Positions 38,057-52,600 of a stretch of 63,838 bases of DNA are shown here, piece by piece. The notes under the pieces are model-generated. The model saw nothing but the letters and a program-made list of their open reading frames with translations, was not told where the DNA came from and made no database searches. This stretch comes from Sminthopsis crassicaudata (Eukaryota). Made by a program: the position numbers and the translations under genes. Location of the stretch: contig NC_133617.1 of NCBI RefSeq assembly GCF_048593235.1, positions 626,677,120 through 626,740,957 on the forward strand. The letters run 5' to 3'. Within the stretch, counting starts at the first letter, position 1. Every line of letters starts with the position of its first letter.

Positions 38057-38237
38057 CAAGTCTTCTTAACCTGTCTCATAGTGTCTAAGGGATTTGGATT
38101 TAAAAAATATCCTGAGAACTAGATTTCAATAAATTTAATTTCCTTCAGATTTCTATATATATTTTTTCTTTTATTCATTCTGATTGATGCCAAATTGCCA
38201 AATGGGTCTATGACACCAAAAAGTTTAACAGCCTCTG
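38057..38237 (-). mobile_element. hAT-Charlie-type MITE
   Basis: Reverse-orientation relative of 21476 and 46241. Confidence 0.6.
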
Positions 38238-39117
38238 ATCTAATGGCATGCCTGTACCTAAAGATAATATTTTGCAAATGCTATTGATTTATTCTCTGAT
38301 AGATATTTGAATGAATGTTGTATCTGGAGCTAGGGAATTTGAGTTTAAATTCTCCTTTACATACTCTACCTATATAATCTTGAGCAAATCAATTTATTTC
38401 TCTGGGTCTTAGATTGCCCATCTTTAAAATACAAACATATGATGGTCTCAAATCTCCCTTCTACCTCTAAATCTATGGTTCTAGGGTCCTATAAACTGGT
38501 TTAAAATATTTTTAAAGCAAAGGATTAAATTTTAGGACTCTACAGTATTCTTTAAACATATTAAACCTTAAACACATTAAGCAGATACCTAATTCATTTT
38601 TTTGGCAGGTGAGGCACTTGGGGTTAAGTGACATGCCCAGGGTCACACAGCTAGTAAGTATGCCCTGGGCCATCTACCTTCCCCTACTTAATAAATTTTT
38701 AAACAAATTGGATTGGGGCCATTGTATTCTTAATTCTAACAGGGAGGGAAGAACAGTACTTTAAGGGCCCAGTCAGAAAAGTCAATACAAGAACTCTTAG
38801 TATAACAATCTCCAACTTAATGCTGCACTGGGTCATCACGGACTTTAATTCTTTCTTTCAATAGATGACCATTCTTTTTTTTTTCAGACTTATAAGAAAG
38901 CAACATCTTAATAATCCAAAGTAGTGACTAGAAATGCAACCTTCCTTTCTAGAGATTTCTTTGGCAAATGTCTATTCTAAGCTCCATATATTGTTGCTAA
39001 CACCTGCAATTCTATTTCTCTCCATCCCACTCACAGATGGCTTTCATGGGTGATCCAGATGGTAAGAATCAATTTCCCTTGCTTTCCTGAGAAAGTATAA
39101 ATTATTTTTAAAAAACA

Positions 39118-39345
39118 GATAGATTAGATAGATGATAGAGAGATAGAGATGGATGGGTAGATAGGTAGTTAAATGGATAGATAGGTAAAAAGGCAGATAG
39201 ATATGTAACAAGTGACATTCTGATAGGTAGATTATGTAGAGAGGTAGATATATGGGTGAATAGATAGGCAAATACATATATGGATAGAGAGGTAGATGAT
39301 AATCAATCATTTAGATAGATACATAGAAAGATAGATAGATGGATG
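39118..39345. repeat. Degenerate (GATA)n/(TAGA)n simple repeat
   Basis: Repeated agatag/gataga units. Confidence 0.9.
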
Positions 39346-39599
39346 GTAGAATATGGGGCAAGATTTATCTTTTATTATTCTTGATATGTAGTACTTAGCA
39401 TAGTATCTGATACCTAATAGGTGCTTAACAAATCTTCATTGAGTATTGACTTACTGAGAGACATTCGTATTGCCCTTTGGAATAATTAAGCTTTTAACAC
39501 TTCATTTAATACTTCAATATTATATTCCATAATTTATAGATATAGAACTTCAATGAGACAATATTGGTGTTAAAAAAATTGGGCTTCATGAGAAGTTTG

Positions 39600-39920
39600 T
39601 GTACTAATGAAGATGGAGTAGTCAGAAAAATAATATATATAATGGCTACAAAATATAAATGGAAAAAGGGGGAATAAAGGGTAACTAAGTGCTGTAAAAT
39701 TATTATTACTTCTCTCCCTCCTTTGCAAAGGTGGGGGAGTATAGGTGTGAAACATTGCATATACTGTCCTACATGATTGATACAACAGTTCATTTGGTTG
39801 AAATTATATTTTTCTTTTTCTTTTAATCTTTATTATATTGGATAAATGTATAAAGAAAGGAGGGGAGAGAATATATTTAGAAATGAAGTTGCTATAATAA
39901 CAAAATATGTAAATAAAAAT
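39600..39920 (+). mobile_element. Old L1 3' UTR remnant
   Basis: aaaggtgggggagtataggtgtgaaacattgcatatactgtc...gttggttgaaattat; A-rich end. Confidence 0.65.
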
Positions 39921-40084
39921 AGATTTGGGAAGGTTAGAGTTGGAAGGGTTAGGGTTAGAGTCGCATTATGGACAATTTAATATCACTCAAAGTACAATGC
40001 ATTTTCCAAAATTTGAACCAACTATCTTACTACCTCTTATTCAATTTAGGGCCCAATTTTTGTTCTTTTGCTAGAATAAAAAAC

Positions 40085-41060
40085 ATTCAATTCAACCATA
40101 TTAACCACCTGGTTTTTGCCAGGCATTGTGTGAGGTGCTGGTATTTCAAAGAAAAAAATCAAACAGTCCTTTCCTTTCTGAGAAAACAAAAAATCCACAG
40201 ATAAGTCAACACAGAACTATATGAAGTAAACACAAAATAATTTGTGGAGGTGGAGAATAGCACTAAAGCTGGGTAGATGAAAAAGAAAGAGTCTCATATA
40301 GGAGGTAACAGTTGAAAAGAGTTATAAAGTCTAAGAGGGATAGGTGAGGAGTGAGATTATTTCATGCACATATTTTAATGCAAAGTTGGGGAGACACAAA
40401 ATGGAATGTCAAGTCTAGGAATGAGCAAGTACTGTATATTAGTGCAGCTAAAATATAGACTAGATGAGAGGGAATAACTTGCAATAGACCAGAAAAGAGA
40501 AACTTGGGTCAGAATATGTAGGCCTTTAAATGTCCCACTGAGAAATTTGCATTTTATTACAGACAGTAGAGAGAGCCTGGAACTAATTTTTGAGGAGACT
40601 GATATGGTTAGATAGTCCCATGTTTTAAGAATATATATATGGTAGCTGAGTGGTGAATAAACTACAAAGAAGGAAGACCGATGTGGAGACTATTGTTCAT
40701 TGCTGAGGGCCTGAATTGGAATGATGGATCCAGATGGGTAGAGATAAAAAGATCGACGTGAAAAATGTTGAGGAGGTAGATTTGATAAGATTTTGAACCT
40801 CAGTGGATGGTACAGAGGAGACAAAGGAAAGCATCAGGATAATTCTGGAGTTGTGAACCTTGGTGAATTGAAAGATGGTGATACCCTTAACAGAAATAGG
40901 AAAAGTGAGTTACGAAGAAAGGTAACAAATTCTGTCATGGTTATATTGAGTTTTCGATGTCTTGGAGACATCCAGATAGAGAGATATCTTCAACAGTTAA
41001 TGATATAGAATTTTTGGTTAGGGAAAAAATGAAGTATGGCTGAATAGAACTGAGTTATTT
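40085..41060 (-). mobile_element. L2 fragment
   Basis: tgccaggcattgtgtgaggtgctgg 3' end; gataattctggagttgtgaaccttggtgaattgaaagatggtgatacc. Confidence 0.85.
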
Positions 41061-42264
41061 TCATGGAGCTACATGAGACAATCAGGTGACACAGTAGATT
41101 GAAGTCACAGATGAAGTCAGAAAAACCTGAATTTAAATTCAAATTTTACTATTTGTGTGATCTTGGACATGTCACTTAACCTCTGGCTGCCTCAGTTTTC
41201 TCATTTCTAAAATGGGGATAATAATAATCTCTTACCTTTCAAGATTACTGTGAGAATACAATGAGAATATTTTTATGATGCTTCTCAAACTTTAAATCTA
41301 GATGTTATAATAATAATTACTATTGTTTTGAAAATAAAAATAATAATTATTATCATAAATGATAATTGAACTTAATGAAGTTGATGAGGTCATTGAGAGT
41401 GTGGAGACAGAAGACCCAGGAGAGACATGACTAAATCACTGAACAGACTGCCCTTTCAGTAACCTGTCCCAATCCAGGCAGCAAGCATTCTTCACTGATT
41501 CGGTTTTCATGTGGCTTGCTAGACTGATGATGTAAGTCACTGTGGATCTTGTTAAATAGGCATTGTAGGTTCAAAGTAATCAGCACCAAGTTGCCCACAA
41601 ACAGAATTATCTGCATAATCTCACCGTCTACTGAGAATCCCTCTTTTTCTCTGATCTCAGCATAGGATATTTTCTAGGGCTGGTTAAAACCCTTGACAAA
41701 CATATCTTCCCTGCCTTTGATAACTAGGTGATAGTGATCAGAGGATTCTTAAATAAAATTATCTTTATGATTGTATTTATTATAGACTTTTGTACATATA
41801 CACCTTTCTGGAGAAGAACCTTTTAAGTCTGTGTTTTCCTATTCTACAACACAAACAGTTTTTGGAGGTTTTTGTTTTTTGTTTTGGGTTTTTTGGTTGT
41901 TGTGGTGGTGGTGGTTGTTGTTTTCGTAATAAGCAAAAAATAAACACATTAGATTCTTATAGGCTTTAAACAGCTGCCAATTATGTGATTCTGAGTCTCT
42001 TTTGAATCATCCACAAGAAAATGCTCACTTCAAGTCTGAATCAGCATCTTCAATGAACCCATTTTCTATAAGGACTTTACAGAACTGAGAGTAAAGGCAT
42101 ATAGATTGGTAGTTAGTAATGACTTCTTGGTTATTTGGGAGAGGATAATAATACTGCCTTTGATCTTTTTCATTCTTTTGGAATCTTAACCTTGGATCTA
42201 TCTGGAAAATTGATCCTGGACTGCCTTTAAAATGTATTGTTCCTTATTTCTAGGAAGGTAATAG

Positions 42265-42625
42265 TTGTGCATTCTTCATTTTCAAAGAGGATCAACACCA
42301 TCATGGGGTGATATCTTGATTTGCCTGTGAATTGGATTTAAGTGAGGCAGACTTACATAAAGTCAACAGCCTTCCTCTCTTTTCCTAAGTCATAGAAATT
42401 CAGTGGTAGGACAAAAGTCACAACTTTTTCCCGGGATGTTGTAAATGAAATTGAGATCTTCAATGAATGACCAAGCTATTAAGTGTTCCACAGTACCTGC
42501 TTCAGCTGACTTCACAGTTATTGGAACAAATTGTTCTCATCCACCCATTCCAGCCAAGGGAAGTCATCACATGCTTAGGGTAGACACTTCCCTAACTCAC
42601 CAATAGGTTAAAGGTCTATAGAGAT
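42265..42625. mobile_element. Marsupial-specific interspersed repeat (WALLSI/RTE-derived type)
   Basis: ttcattttcaaagaggatcaacaccatcatggggtgatatcttga...ggaacaaattgttctcatccacccattcc. Confidence 0.7.
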
Positions 42626-42744
42626 ACAGATCAGGAGAAGTTGGAGTTTAAAAATCTAAATCTGAATTCCAGTTCTGCTGCTTATTGTCAACTCTGAGTC
42701 TCCGATTTATTTTTCTCTATTTAATAGTATTTTGTTTTTTTTCA

Positions 42745-43297
42745 ATTACACATAAGGACAGTTTTCAACGTTTACTTTTATAAGATTTTGATTTACATTT
42801 TTCTCTTTCCTTCTCTTTCCTCCTCCTACTCCAAGATGGCAAGCCATCTGATATAGGTTATAAATATGCAATTGTATTAAACATATGTCCACATTAGTTA
42901 TGTTGTAAAAGAAGAATCCGAGCAAAAGGGGAAAAGCCACAAGAAAGAAAAAAATGAAAACAGTATGCTTTAATCTGCATTCAGATTTCATAGTTTTTTC
43001 TGGCTATAGATAGCATTTTCCATCATGAGTCTTTTAGAGTTGCCTTAGCTTATTGCTGAGAAGAGCTAAGTCTATTAAAGTTAATCACTGCACAGTGCTG
43101 TTCCAATGTTCTTTTGGTTCTGCTCTCTTCACTCAGCATAAGTTCATGTAAGTCTTTCCAGGTTTTTCTGAAATTTGCCTGCTTAACATTTTTTATAGCA
43201 CAATAGTATCCCACTACATTCATATATGACAACTTGTTCAAGTGATTCCCCAGTTGATGGTCATTTCCTCAATTTCCAGTTTGTTGCCACCACAAAA
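42745..43297 (-). mobile_element. Marsupial L1 3' end
   Basis: Antisense 3' UTR and ORF2 end (cactcagcataagttcatgtaagtctttccagg; cattccccagttgatgg). Confidence 0.9.
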
Positions 43298-44099
43298 AAA
43301 GCTGCTGGGATTTATGATCATATATAAAATGAAGGTCTTAGACTAGATGATCTCTATTTCATCTTACATGAAAACTCATCTAATTGTCCCCGTGACAGGT
43401 TATGTTTGTATATTTATCAAGTTTATAAACCTTTCCTATGTCAAGATGAAATAGAATCTATGAAGAATTCAGAAGTTCCTTCAAACTAACTTAGAACACT
43501 TCTTGTATGTGGCAATCTGAATGTGAAGGTTGGCACAAGGAAGGTGAAAAAATAGGAAAGGTGATTGGACAAAATTAAATGACATTGAGTAGAATCAATA
43601 GGTCATAAATTTGGAGCTTCAAGGCCCACAGAGACTGTCAGATATGAGACTTTCACAGCTTCAGCTGCCTAAATACCTGTTGGGACAAATTCTTCTCATC
43701 CACCCATTCTGACCAGGAGAAGACTTCATATCCTCCATGACAATGGCCAACATCTTTGACCAACATGTACAGAGATAAGCATAAAAGAGAAGATAACAAA
43801 AATGTATGGTATAGATAATAATTGTTATGTGGAAATGATCATGAAGGAGAAAGATCTGGGTCATTTGAATCAACAAAGAAAAGGTTCACACTGAAGGTGC
43901 TGATAAACAATGATTTGTTTGGACTTGGATAACTGATGGATAGTCTAAAAGTATTCATAAGGTAGTAAATCATGCAGAGGAATGTTTCCAGCATGTTAGG
44001 TTGACATTTTAGGAAGAATGTAGTAATTTGTATTGGGGAGGGAAAGGCATTGGGTGATTTCATTGACAGGAGGGACTCCCAGTAAAGAGATTTATTTAT

Positions 44100-44400
44100 A
44101 AACAGGCCTTTAATAAATGCCTATTATGTGTTGGGCAATATTCTAATCCTCTGGGGATATTTTTTTTTTAAAGAGAAAATTATCCCTGTTCTCAAGAAGC
44201 TAACGACTAGTGGGAGAGGCAACATGCAAATAATGCATTACATTCAGAATGTATACCATGTAGATAGAAGGCAATCTCAAAGGAGAAGATACTAGCAACT
44301 GGGGGTTGCAGAAAGGACTTCCTGAACAAGGTGGGTTTTAAAGTGAATATTTAAAAAGTGTGGGATATTAAGAGAGGAAGATAAGGGAACAAAGTTTTAG
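44100..44400 (-). mobile_element. L2 3' fragment
   Basis: aataaatgcctattatgtgttgggca...ccctgttctcaagaagct. Confidence 0.75.
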
Positions 44401-46240
44401 GCCTGGGGATAGGACAAATTTTTATAAATTCTAGTCTTAAAGAGTCACTTCAGGACACTGAGAGGTTAAGTAATTTGTCCAGGACCACAAAGTCAACGTG
44501 TATCAGAAGTTCTAATACTCCATATACCCACTCTCATGGAGGATTCATGAATGAGAATCCCATAGGAGGAGGCTGTATTCTGAGACAGGAGAGGTAATAT
44601 TCATAAGTATGTTACTGCAAATTCACCAATATGTTTTACATTGGTCTCTGACAATTTCATGTATGTAATTCTCTCCTATTAGTCTCAGATTTCAATTTCA
44701 GTCAGGGATTGTTTTATTTATTTTAAACAAATACTTGTTGAATTGAATTGAGTGAATTTTCCAATCTGATCAGTTAGTATTTTAAAAATGAAAAATAACC
44801 CACAACCTAAATTATTATCGTCCCTGATTTTTTTGTTGCTGTTATGGACTCTTACATGATTTCTGTCTAAAGAGCACCCCCAGGAGTATTTTGGGAAATC
44901 CTGAAATTACTGATGCCATATGATTTTTGCTAGTGGCCCCTATTACATAGTACTGGAATGTTCAGTCAACACACATTCCAGAATTCCTTGCCTACACAGT
45001 CTGGCTCCATTTCAGAATGGCTGGTGTACTTGAAGATGGGTGTGCTGGTAAATAGCCTCATTTTCAAGTCTTTATATAACCAGCTTATTGTAGGATTTTC
45101 TTTTCTCCACCCACCTAAAGCTCACTGCTGTCTCAGTTTCCAGCATGTGCTAACATGAGCTCTGGCTCAATAGCTTTGTGAACTTCAGTGTCTTTTGAAT
45201 TTCTTCTGAATAATAAATTTGCTGTTTCCCTCAATATCTTGGGCCACTTCTGGGGTCCCTGTTTGTTCAGAGATATGGCATGTGGTATCATTTCCTTGGC
45301 TACAGATGGAGGAAAGCAAAATAAAAAAGACTCAGTCATTTTTACAAGAGCAATACACTGTATTCAATCTACATGGTGTGTGTTTGCATGTGTGTAAAGA
45401 GAGGGGGAGAAACTCTAGGTTTCGGGTTTCAGTTCAAATGTGAAATTCAGTTCCAGTTTATCCAAAGGTTTCCTGAGGTTTATAAGTCTGTCCAAGAAAT
45501 CTGGCCCCAGTTTATTACTTCATACTGAAATCATGCAAAACTCATGATCTCATGAGCTTGGATGTGAGACCAGGTGAAACTTAAATAGCTTAGAGTGCAC
45601 TTTTCATAGAAGCTGGGGTCATCTAATCTTGACTTGGGGAACATGGAGCAACCAATGTAACTGGTAACCAAATTGAAGATTCTGGGGAAACCTGTGTTCA
45701 AGGACTTGCAGAAAAATGAAACAGCTCATTTTCATTCTGTTTTCTTAATGCTGTCCTTTGAAGAATGCTTTAGGAAGCTCTTGAGGATCTCTCCTTACTT
45801 TTTCCTGGATGAAGAAATTACCAATTATTTTTGTGCAATTGTAGTCATTTATTGTGGTCACCAAACATAAATAATTACTGGTTAATTTAATTTCCCTTCC
45901 CTGTGATATTGTACCCTGGTCCTAAGCTGTGTTGTCACTGTACTGTCATCAGAAAGTACTCTTGCACATACATTTTTTTTTAAAATCTGGCACTGCATAA
46001 AAGGAATCTGTTCTTTAGGACAAGGGTACCAAGTCAGGAGATCAGGACCTATGGATAGATCCCAGACTATTACCCAATGGCCATTGTCCTACTCCTTTAC
46101 TTACTCAGGAACTTTGTTGTCAACTGTCCACCAATCTCAGTTCTGCCATTGTCAAACTTTCAAAATCAAAAGCTAACACCCCAACCCCAAACTGTGGCCC
46201 CTGGGTCTAATAATTTATAGATAAGTTAGACTAGATTCCA

Positions 46241-46473
46241 CAGGGATTCTTAACTTTTCCTATGTCACAGACCCTTTTGACAGTCAAATGAAACCCATGG
46301 AGTCTTTCTCAGAATGTTTTTCAAATACACAAAATAATAGGATTACAAAAGAAACCACTTATACTGAAATATATTTATCTGTCTATCTATCATCTCATTG
46401 TCTGTCTTTTGCTGTGTCTTTATGTATCTATCTTTCTATCAAACAAGTTCGCTTACCCCAGATTTAACTCCTG
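46241..46473 (+). mobile_element. hAT-Charlie-type MITE with internal simple repeat
   Basis: cagggattcttaactttt...ttctcagaatgttttcaaatacacaaaataataggattacaaaagaaacc...ccccagatttaactcctg; imperfect terminal inverted repeats. Confidence 0.75.
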
Positions 46474-47885
46474 GATTGCTTTCTAGGCAAGTCCCTACAC
46501 TGGTCTTGATATGCAAAGGTTAAGGATGAGTACTAACTTGAGCCTACTCCCAACATATAAATATTATCCAGTTTGTGCTTGATAAGAATGCAGCAGAATT
46601 AGCGATCCTAATTTCTTTGGCCCTCTGTCTGAGCTTGCTACCCATCCTGTACCTGGACAAGTATTTGTTTCTTATATCCTTTATCTGGATTCCAGCATGG
46701 TAATCTCTGATTCTACAGTTCAATCCTTCTTTTTCCTAGAAAGCAATCTTACAAACTACCAGACGTGTCTGTTTGGACACTAGGACCAAAATGTATACAT
46801 ATGTTTCTAGCATATCTAAATGTGTATATGTTAATCTTTATATATAGCGATGTCTAGATACATTTCTTCTTTCCTTTTCTCTTCTTTTCAATCATACTCC
46901 CCTCCATATATGTATTCTCTTATTTCTTATTTCCTCCATATACATTTCCTCCTTATACCTTTTATCCATCCTGATTATAAAGAACAATGTAGTTTGCTCA
47001 ATGCTCATCTTGCTCTGCCAGAGATGTTTCAAATAGACACAGGGAAACCCATACATGGAAGAAAGGGGGAGCTGAAATTCTGAGTAACCCAGAACCTATT
47101 TTCTCTTCTTATCATGAGTAGCTAGCTAAGGGAGCATGAAAAACATCCCCACATTTCACTGGAGAACAAATTCTAATGAATTCTGAGATGTGTCAGCAGC
47201 TACTTTCAACTTTCAACTACTTTCTTTTGGAATGACCTTATCTTCTCACAGGTAGGCAGAATTATGATGGGAGCAAAGTTCTTAGTTGGTGCTCTCTTCT
47301 ACCTCTATGTTTGGTAGCAGCAGTATTCTTTTTTCCCAATCTCCCTCTCTCCCATCTCTCCTTTTTCAAAATTTATTTTTCTTCAGAACCTCTTCTAAGT
47401 TAGCTCATATGGCCAGGTCAGTTCTCCACACTCTCAGTTACTTCCCCTCCCTCTTCTTGACCCCTTCCCTCAACCTCATAAAAATTACTGGGTTTGTTTC
47501 CCTCTCCCTTTGAATCCCTTTCAACTAGATTGTCAAGGGTACATGTCTCTGCTTTTGTGTAATCAAACTAATCGGTCACCTCCTCCTAAGTAAAATAATA
47601 TGTTAATCCATTTCAAAAGTAAACAGTGGGAATTTCAAAACTGGGGAAAATTTTTTCTTGTTAAGTTAGTCATTCAAGAACCTCTTATCATACTATCTTT
47701 CTGATTATTTACTGTTCCTACAATGTAATTCTGACTGTTCTTCCCTAAACATCTTTTTCCCCCAAAGATAATGGAAGTCTCTTGGTTGGCTAGACACCAA
47801 GAAGTCAGGCTCTTAGAAGGACTACATCACTCATTCATTGTTCACCACCCACTGGATGCTTTCTTTCCCATTTTCCATTTCCCAG

Positions 47886-48039
47886 GCCTAGCAAGTTTCA
47901 CCTGAAACAGGACAATAACTCCTTCAGACCAACGGGGAATTGAGACACAGCTGCAGATCTGAGATGTTTCCATTATCTGAGGGTCAAGGAATGAGACTAA
48001 AGTCCAAAGAGACTTAAAGCTATTCAGGATTTTTAAAAG
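47886..48039 (+). other. Candidate 154-nt non-coding exon
   Basis: tttctttcccattttccatttcccag| acceptor and aag|gtaagt donor; stops in all three frames. Confidence 0.3.
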
Positions 48040-49254
48040 GTAAGTTGGGGAAAGGACCTGTGAGAGAGGTCGCCTTGTGTTTATAAAGTACTTCCTCAAG
48101 GCTTAAATTGTAACTCCATGTGTTTACTCTTTCTAGATTTGTTCAAACTGAGGTTCCTAACTAAGGGGATCTGAGAGTAAGAAAAAATGATTAAGGGAGA
48201 AATCATTTCATTTCTGTGAGCTAACTTAATTTCCTCATCTGAAAAAGGGTATGATAATTTCAACAACAGAGTTGTTGTGAGGCCCAAGGGGAAAATGTAA
48301 TTAAATGTCAGTTATTAATGATAATAATAGATAATAGGAAATGCTTTCCATGGGACATACAGAGACTCACTAAAATGCATCCCCTCAGATAGCAATTGAG
48401 CCCAATCTATGGCTTTTAAAAAAAAAATTCAATTTTTTAAATAGCTTCAATAATTTAATTGTTTTTAATAATAAAGCAAAAGAAAAGTGATGCTTAAAAC
48501 TGATTACTTGGCCTATTCTCACCTCCTTTGGCGTACATCTCTTGATGGGCAGCATCTCTTTGGTCCACAGTTGGATTTAATAAACCTTCTTTTATGGTCT
48601 TGGTCTTTCCCCTTTAATTGGCTTTGTAGGATTGCTGCTGTCCCTCTGCTTCCCATCACAGGACCTTTTCTCTTGAGTGATCCATGAGTCGTTTTTCTTG
48701 TTTTACTGAAGCACTTTTAGAGTCTGGTACCTGCCACAGTCTTTTCAATCAGTTCCGCAGATTTGGGGTCCGTTCTTCATGTTTGTGGCACCATTACCAG
48801 CAAGAAGAGCCAGAGCTCCTCTCCTGATCAGTCATGTAACAACACTGATCAATTAAAAGTCACAGTGTTGAACTAGATGTGGAGACTTACAAAGGAAATA
48901 ATCTCTGTCATCTAGGACATGGAATTCAGTATCTACAACTAGAACAGACTTCTGAGCCATCTAATCCAATCCCCACCACCATTTTACAGTAGAAGAAGCT
49001 GAGACCTAGAGAGCAAAAGATCAAAGTTTTAAAAGTTAGGATTCAAATCCTGTTCATCTGACTCCAAATCCAACATATTCTTTCAAGCCTCCACTGGAGT
49101 ATGATTCTATATAATCAGGTGTTGTTGTAATTCATGTAATTTGTATTTCCAGATTCATCATGCTGCTCAAGAAAAATGGGATTAAAAGGGGGGAAATAAA
49201 AGAAAAAAAAAAACCAAGCAAATCAACAACAACAAAAATAAAAATGTTTTATTG

Positions 49255-49365
49255 TATTCCACATTCAGTTTCCACATAGTTCTCTCTCTGGATATGATGG
49301 CACTTTCCAACACAATGTCTATTGGAAATGCCTTGAATCACCTCATTGTTGAAAAGAGCTAAGAC
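49255..49365 (-). mobile_element. L1 3' UTR fragment
   Basis: ttccacattcagtttccacatagttctctctctgg...atcacctcattgttgaaaagagc. Confidence 0.85.
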
Positions 49366-49514
49366 TTCCCCAGTCTTAACTCCCAAATCCTTAGCTCTTC
49401 TGAACTTTCTTTTTATTGTTGAAGGTATTATCATCCAGTCACCCTTGACTCACTATAGACATACAACTTTTCGTCAAAAGTTATATACCTTTCAGCTTTC
49501 ACAATGGGACAGCT

Positions 49515-49735
49515 AGCTGGCACAATAGAAAAAAGGTCTTAAATGAGAAACATGTCTTTTCCTGAGTTCAAATATAGTCTCAGACACTACTAGCTGGGCA
49601 AATCATTTAACTTTGTTGGTCTCCATTTCCTCATCTATAAAATGAGCTGGAGAAGGAAATGACAAATCAGTATTTCTGCCAAGAAAACTTCAGAGGGGAT
49701 CATGAAGAGTCAGAAACTACTGAACAAGAAAAATC
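49515..49735 (+). mobile_element. Mar1-type CORE-SINE
   Basis: ctgagttcaaat...cctcatctataaaatgagctggagaaggaaatg...catgaagagtcag. Confidence 0.8.
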
Positions 49736-49739
49736 TTCA

Positions 49740-50250
49740 TAACAGCTCTCCTATGTGTCCTTTTCTCTCTACTTCCATAGCCACCATTTTGGTTCAGGAT
49801 TTCACCATCTTTTACCTAGGTTATTGCAAAAATCTCCTGACTAGTCTCCCCTCCTTAGGCTTCCTATTCCAGTACATTTAACACAACACTGTTAAAGTAA
49901 TTTTCCTAAAACATAGGTCCAACCATGTCAACCCCTTACTTAGTAAACTCCAGTGGCTTTTTTATTACTTCCAGGATCAAAAATAAACTCTTTCATGGCA
50001 TTTAATACTATTCATGAATTAGTTTCTTTTTAACTTTAAAATCTTTTTACACTTAACTCTCCTCCTTCTATTTCATGATCCAGCTACATTGGTTGGTTCA
50101 ATTTTCATTGCTTGCATATAACCCCTCCCTCATCTCTGGGCTTTTGCTCTGTTTCTAATGTCTGCAATGGTCTCCGTCATCCCTTTTTGTTTCTCTGGTT
50201 TTTAAAAAGTTTCTTCTCAAATTCTAACTCGTCCAGGAAACCTTTTCCCA
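49740..50250 (+). mobile_element. L2 fragment
   Basis: ctactttccatagccaccattttggttcagg...aataaactccagtggc...ccaggatcaaaa. Confidence 0.75.
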
Positions 50251-52369
50251 ATTCAAAATATTTATAACTCTGATAGAGAGGTGATATTTTCAGAGTACAA
50301 AATAAGACATATATTTTTTTTTTGGAAGGGACAAGGCCAAAGTGGGAATTTGGTTTGCTTTACTTTAAATGTTTGTGATGGGGGTTTTGTTTTCCTTTTT
50401 TTCTCATTTTGGAGTGGGAGGATGAGAAGATGGACTTGAAAATAAAAATTTAATTTAAAAAGGAATGCACTAATGTACTTGATGACAGGAAATACTATTA
50501 CCTTTCTTCATATACCCAGTGTTTAGTAGCACAGTATCTGGAACATGGTGTTAATAAATATTTTTGGTAGATTGATTAAATAATCTCTAACATTTATTCA
50601 GTGTTGTTTCACTTATATCTCACAGGATGTTCAGAGGAACCTTCAAGATTTGTAGGAAAGGAGAGACATTATTTTACAGATGAAGAAACTGAGTCTTGAT
50701 GACTTCTAGTCAAAGTTACTTGGCTCCCTATCTTAGGACAGGATCAGCTACAATAAATGTGTCGAAAAATACAGGATCATAGATCATAACATTAAGATCT
50801 GAGAAGGAACTAATCCAGAATTCTTATTTTTACAGGAAGAATATGAAATCCAGAGAAGTGATGTTCAAGTAAAATGAAAAGTATATGTGGCAGGGCAGTG
50901 AGAAATTATAGTGAGAACAGGGCAGTTCTTGTAATCAAAATACTCAGGTTATTAAACTGTTTTGCACCTCTAGAGAGGCTCCTCTATAGAAAATGTCTTT
51001 TCTTTTATGGAACAGATATAAGAATAATTGCACTCAGACCCCACTAGGTGGCAGAGTGGATAGAGCCCAGTCCCTGGAGCCAGGAGGACCTAAATTCAAA
51101 TTTGACCTCAGACAGTTACTGATTGCATGATCCTGGGCAAGTCACTTAAATCTGATTGCTCCCTCCCTAATAATATCATGTTATATAATTATAACTTTAT
51201 TATAATTACATAATAATAATAATTGCATTCCCTGTCTTGCAGCAAAGATCTGAGAAAATTGATTCTTGAATCTGAAAGCCTCCTAGAAATGTGTGTTATT
51301 ATTATATATAATACAGTCCTTTTTTATCCAGAACTGGAATTTCCTTCATTAAGGCTGATTGACAACTATTTTGCAATTTATAGTCTTAAAAAGTTGCCCA
51401 GAGCACTGAACAATTCATAATAATAATAGCTAACATTTATATAGTGCTTATTCTGTATGTCACAGACTGTGCTAATGGCTTTATAAATATCTTATTTAAT
51501 AATAATAATAGCTAACATTTACATAGCACTCACTATGTGCCAGGCACTGTGCTAAGAGCTTTACAATTATTATTTCACTTTATTCTCACAAAGTCCTGGG
51601 AGATAGGATAGTAATATCCCCATTTTACTGGTGAAGAAAAGGAGGCAGAGGTTAAGTGACTTGACTAGGATTATAGAGCTAGGAAATGTCAGAGGTGAGA
51701 CTTAAAGACAAGCCTCGCTTTTCATTCATGATGCCACTTTGTCTTTCATTATACAACTACACATATATAATATGTGTGTATAAAACACATACGGGGCTTA
51801 AAAAAAAGAAAGAAAAGAAAAGAAACTTGTTTCTGGCACTGTAACTTAAAAGTCACAAAGGTAATGACAGCTTTGACACTTTTGGGAAAAAGTTATTATA
51901 AATTACCATAGGAGCTGAAGAAAACAAGAAAAATGTGTTATTTTATGACTCAGAGCAATTAATAATGGAATTCTGGGAAAAGAAAAACTGAAATAAATTT
52001 CTAATATTTAAATCTCTGCTGCTTACTATCTGTGTGAGCTTTTACAAATCACTGAATTTCTCTGAGTCTCAAGGTTCTCCTCATATATAACCTAGAAGGT
52101 CCCTTCCAACTCTCAGTTCATAATTTTGGATTGATGAACATATGACCTGTCCTCATATTACCAAATTTGAATTGACTACTCATCTGAACATGTTCAAAAC
52201 TAAAAGAAATGACAAGCAGGATAATACAAGCTATATTTTGTAATAAGATCAAAAGAAGGAAAATGTGTATGAGTATGAGTTTTTTTAGAAATTACTGGGT
52301 AATGAGTAGAAATTACTGAAAGGCACATTTAGGGTTGAGGTAAGGAAAAAAATTTCCTAACAATTATCA

Positions 52370-52600
52370 GTATTGTCGTTTCGGTCATATCTGACTCTTC
52401 ATGACCCAATTTGGAGTTTTCTTGGTAAAGATACTAGAGTACTTTGCCATTTCCTTCTCCAGCTCATTTTACAGATGAGGAAACTGAGGCAAGCAGCATT
52501 AAGGGACTTGTCTAAAATCACATGGTTAGCAAGTGCCTGAGTTTGAATTTGAATTCAGCAAAATGAGCCTCCCTGACTCCAGGTCTGGTGCTCTATCTAA
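52370..52600 (-). mobile_element. Mar1-type CORE-SINE
   Basis: ttgccatttccttctccagctcattttacagatgaggaaactgaggc. Confidence 0.88.
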
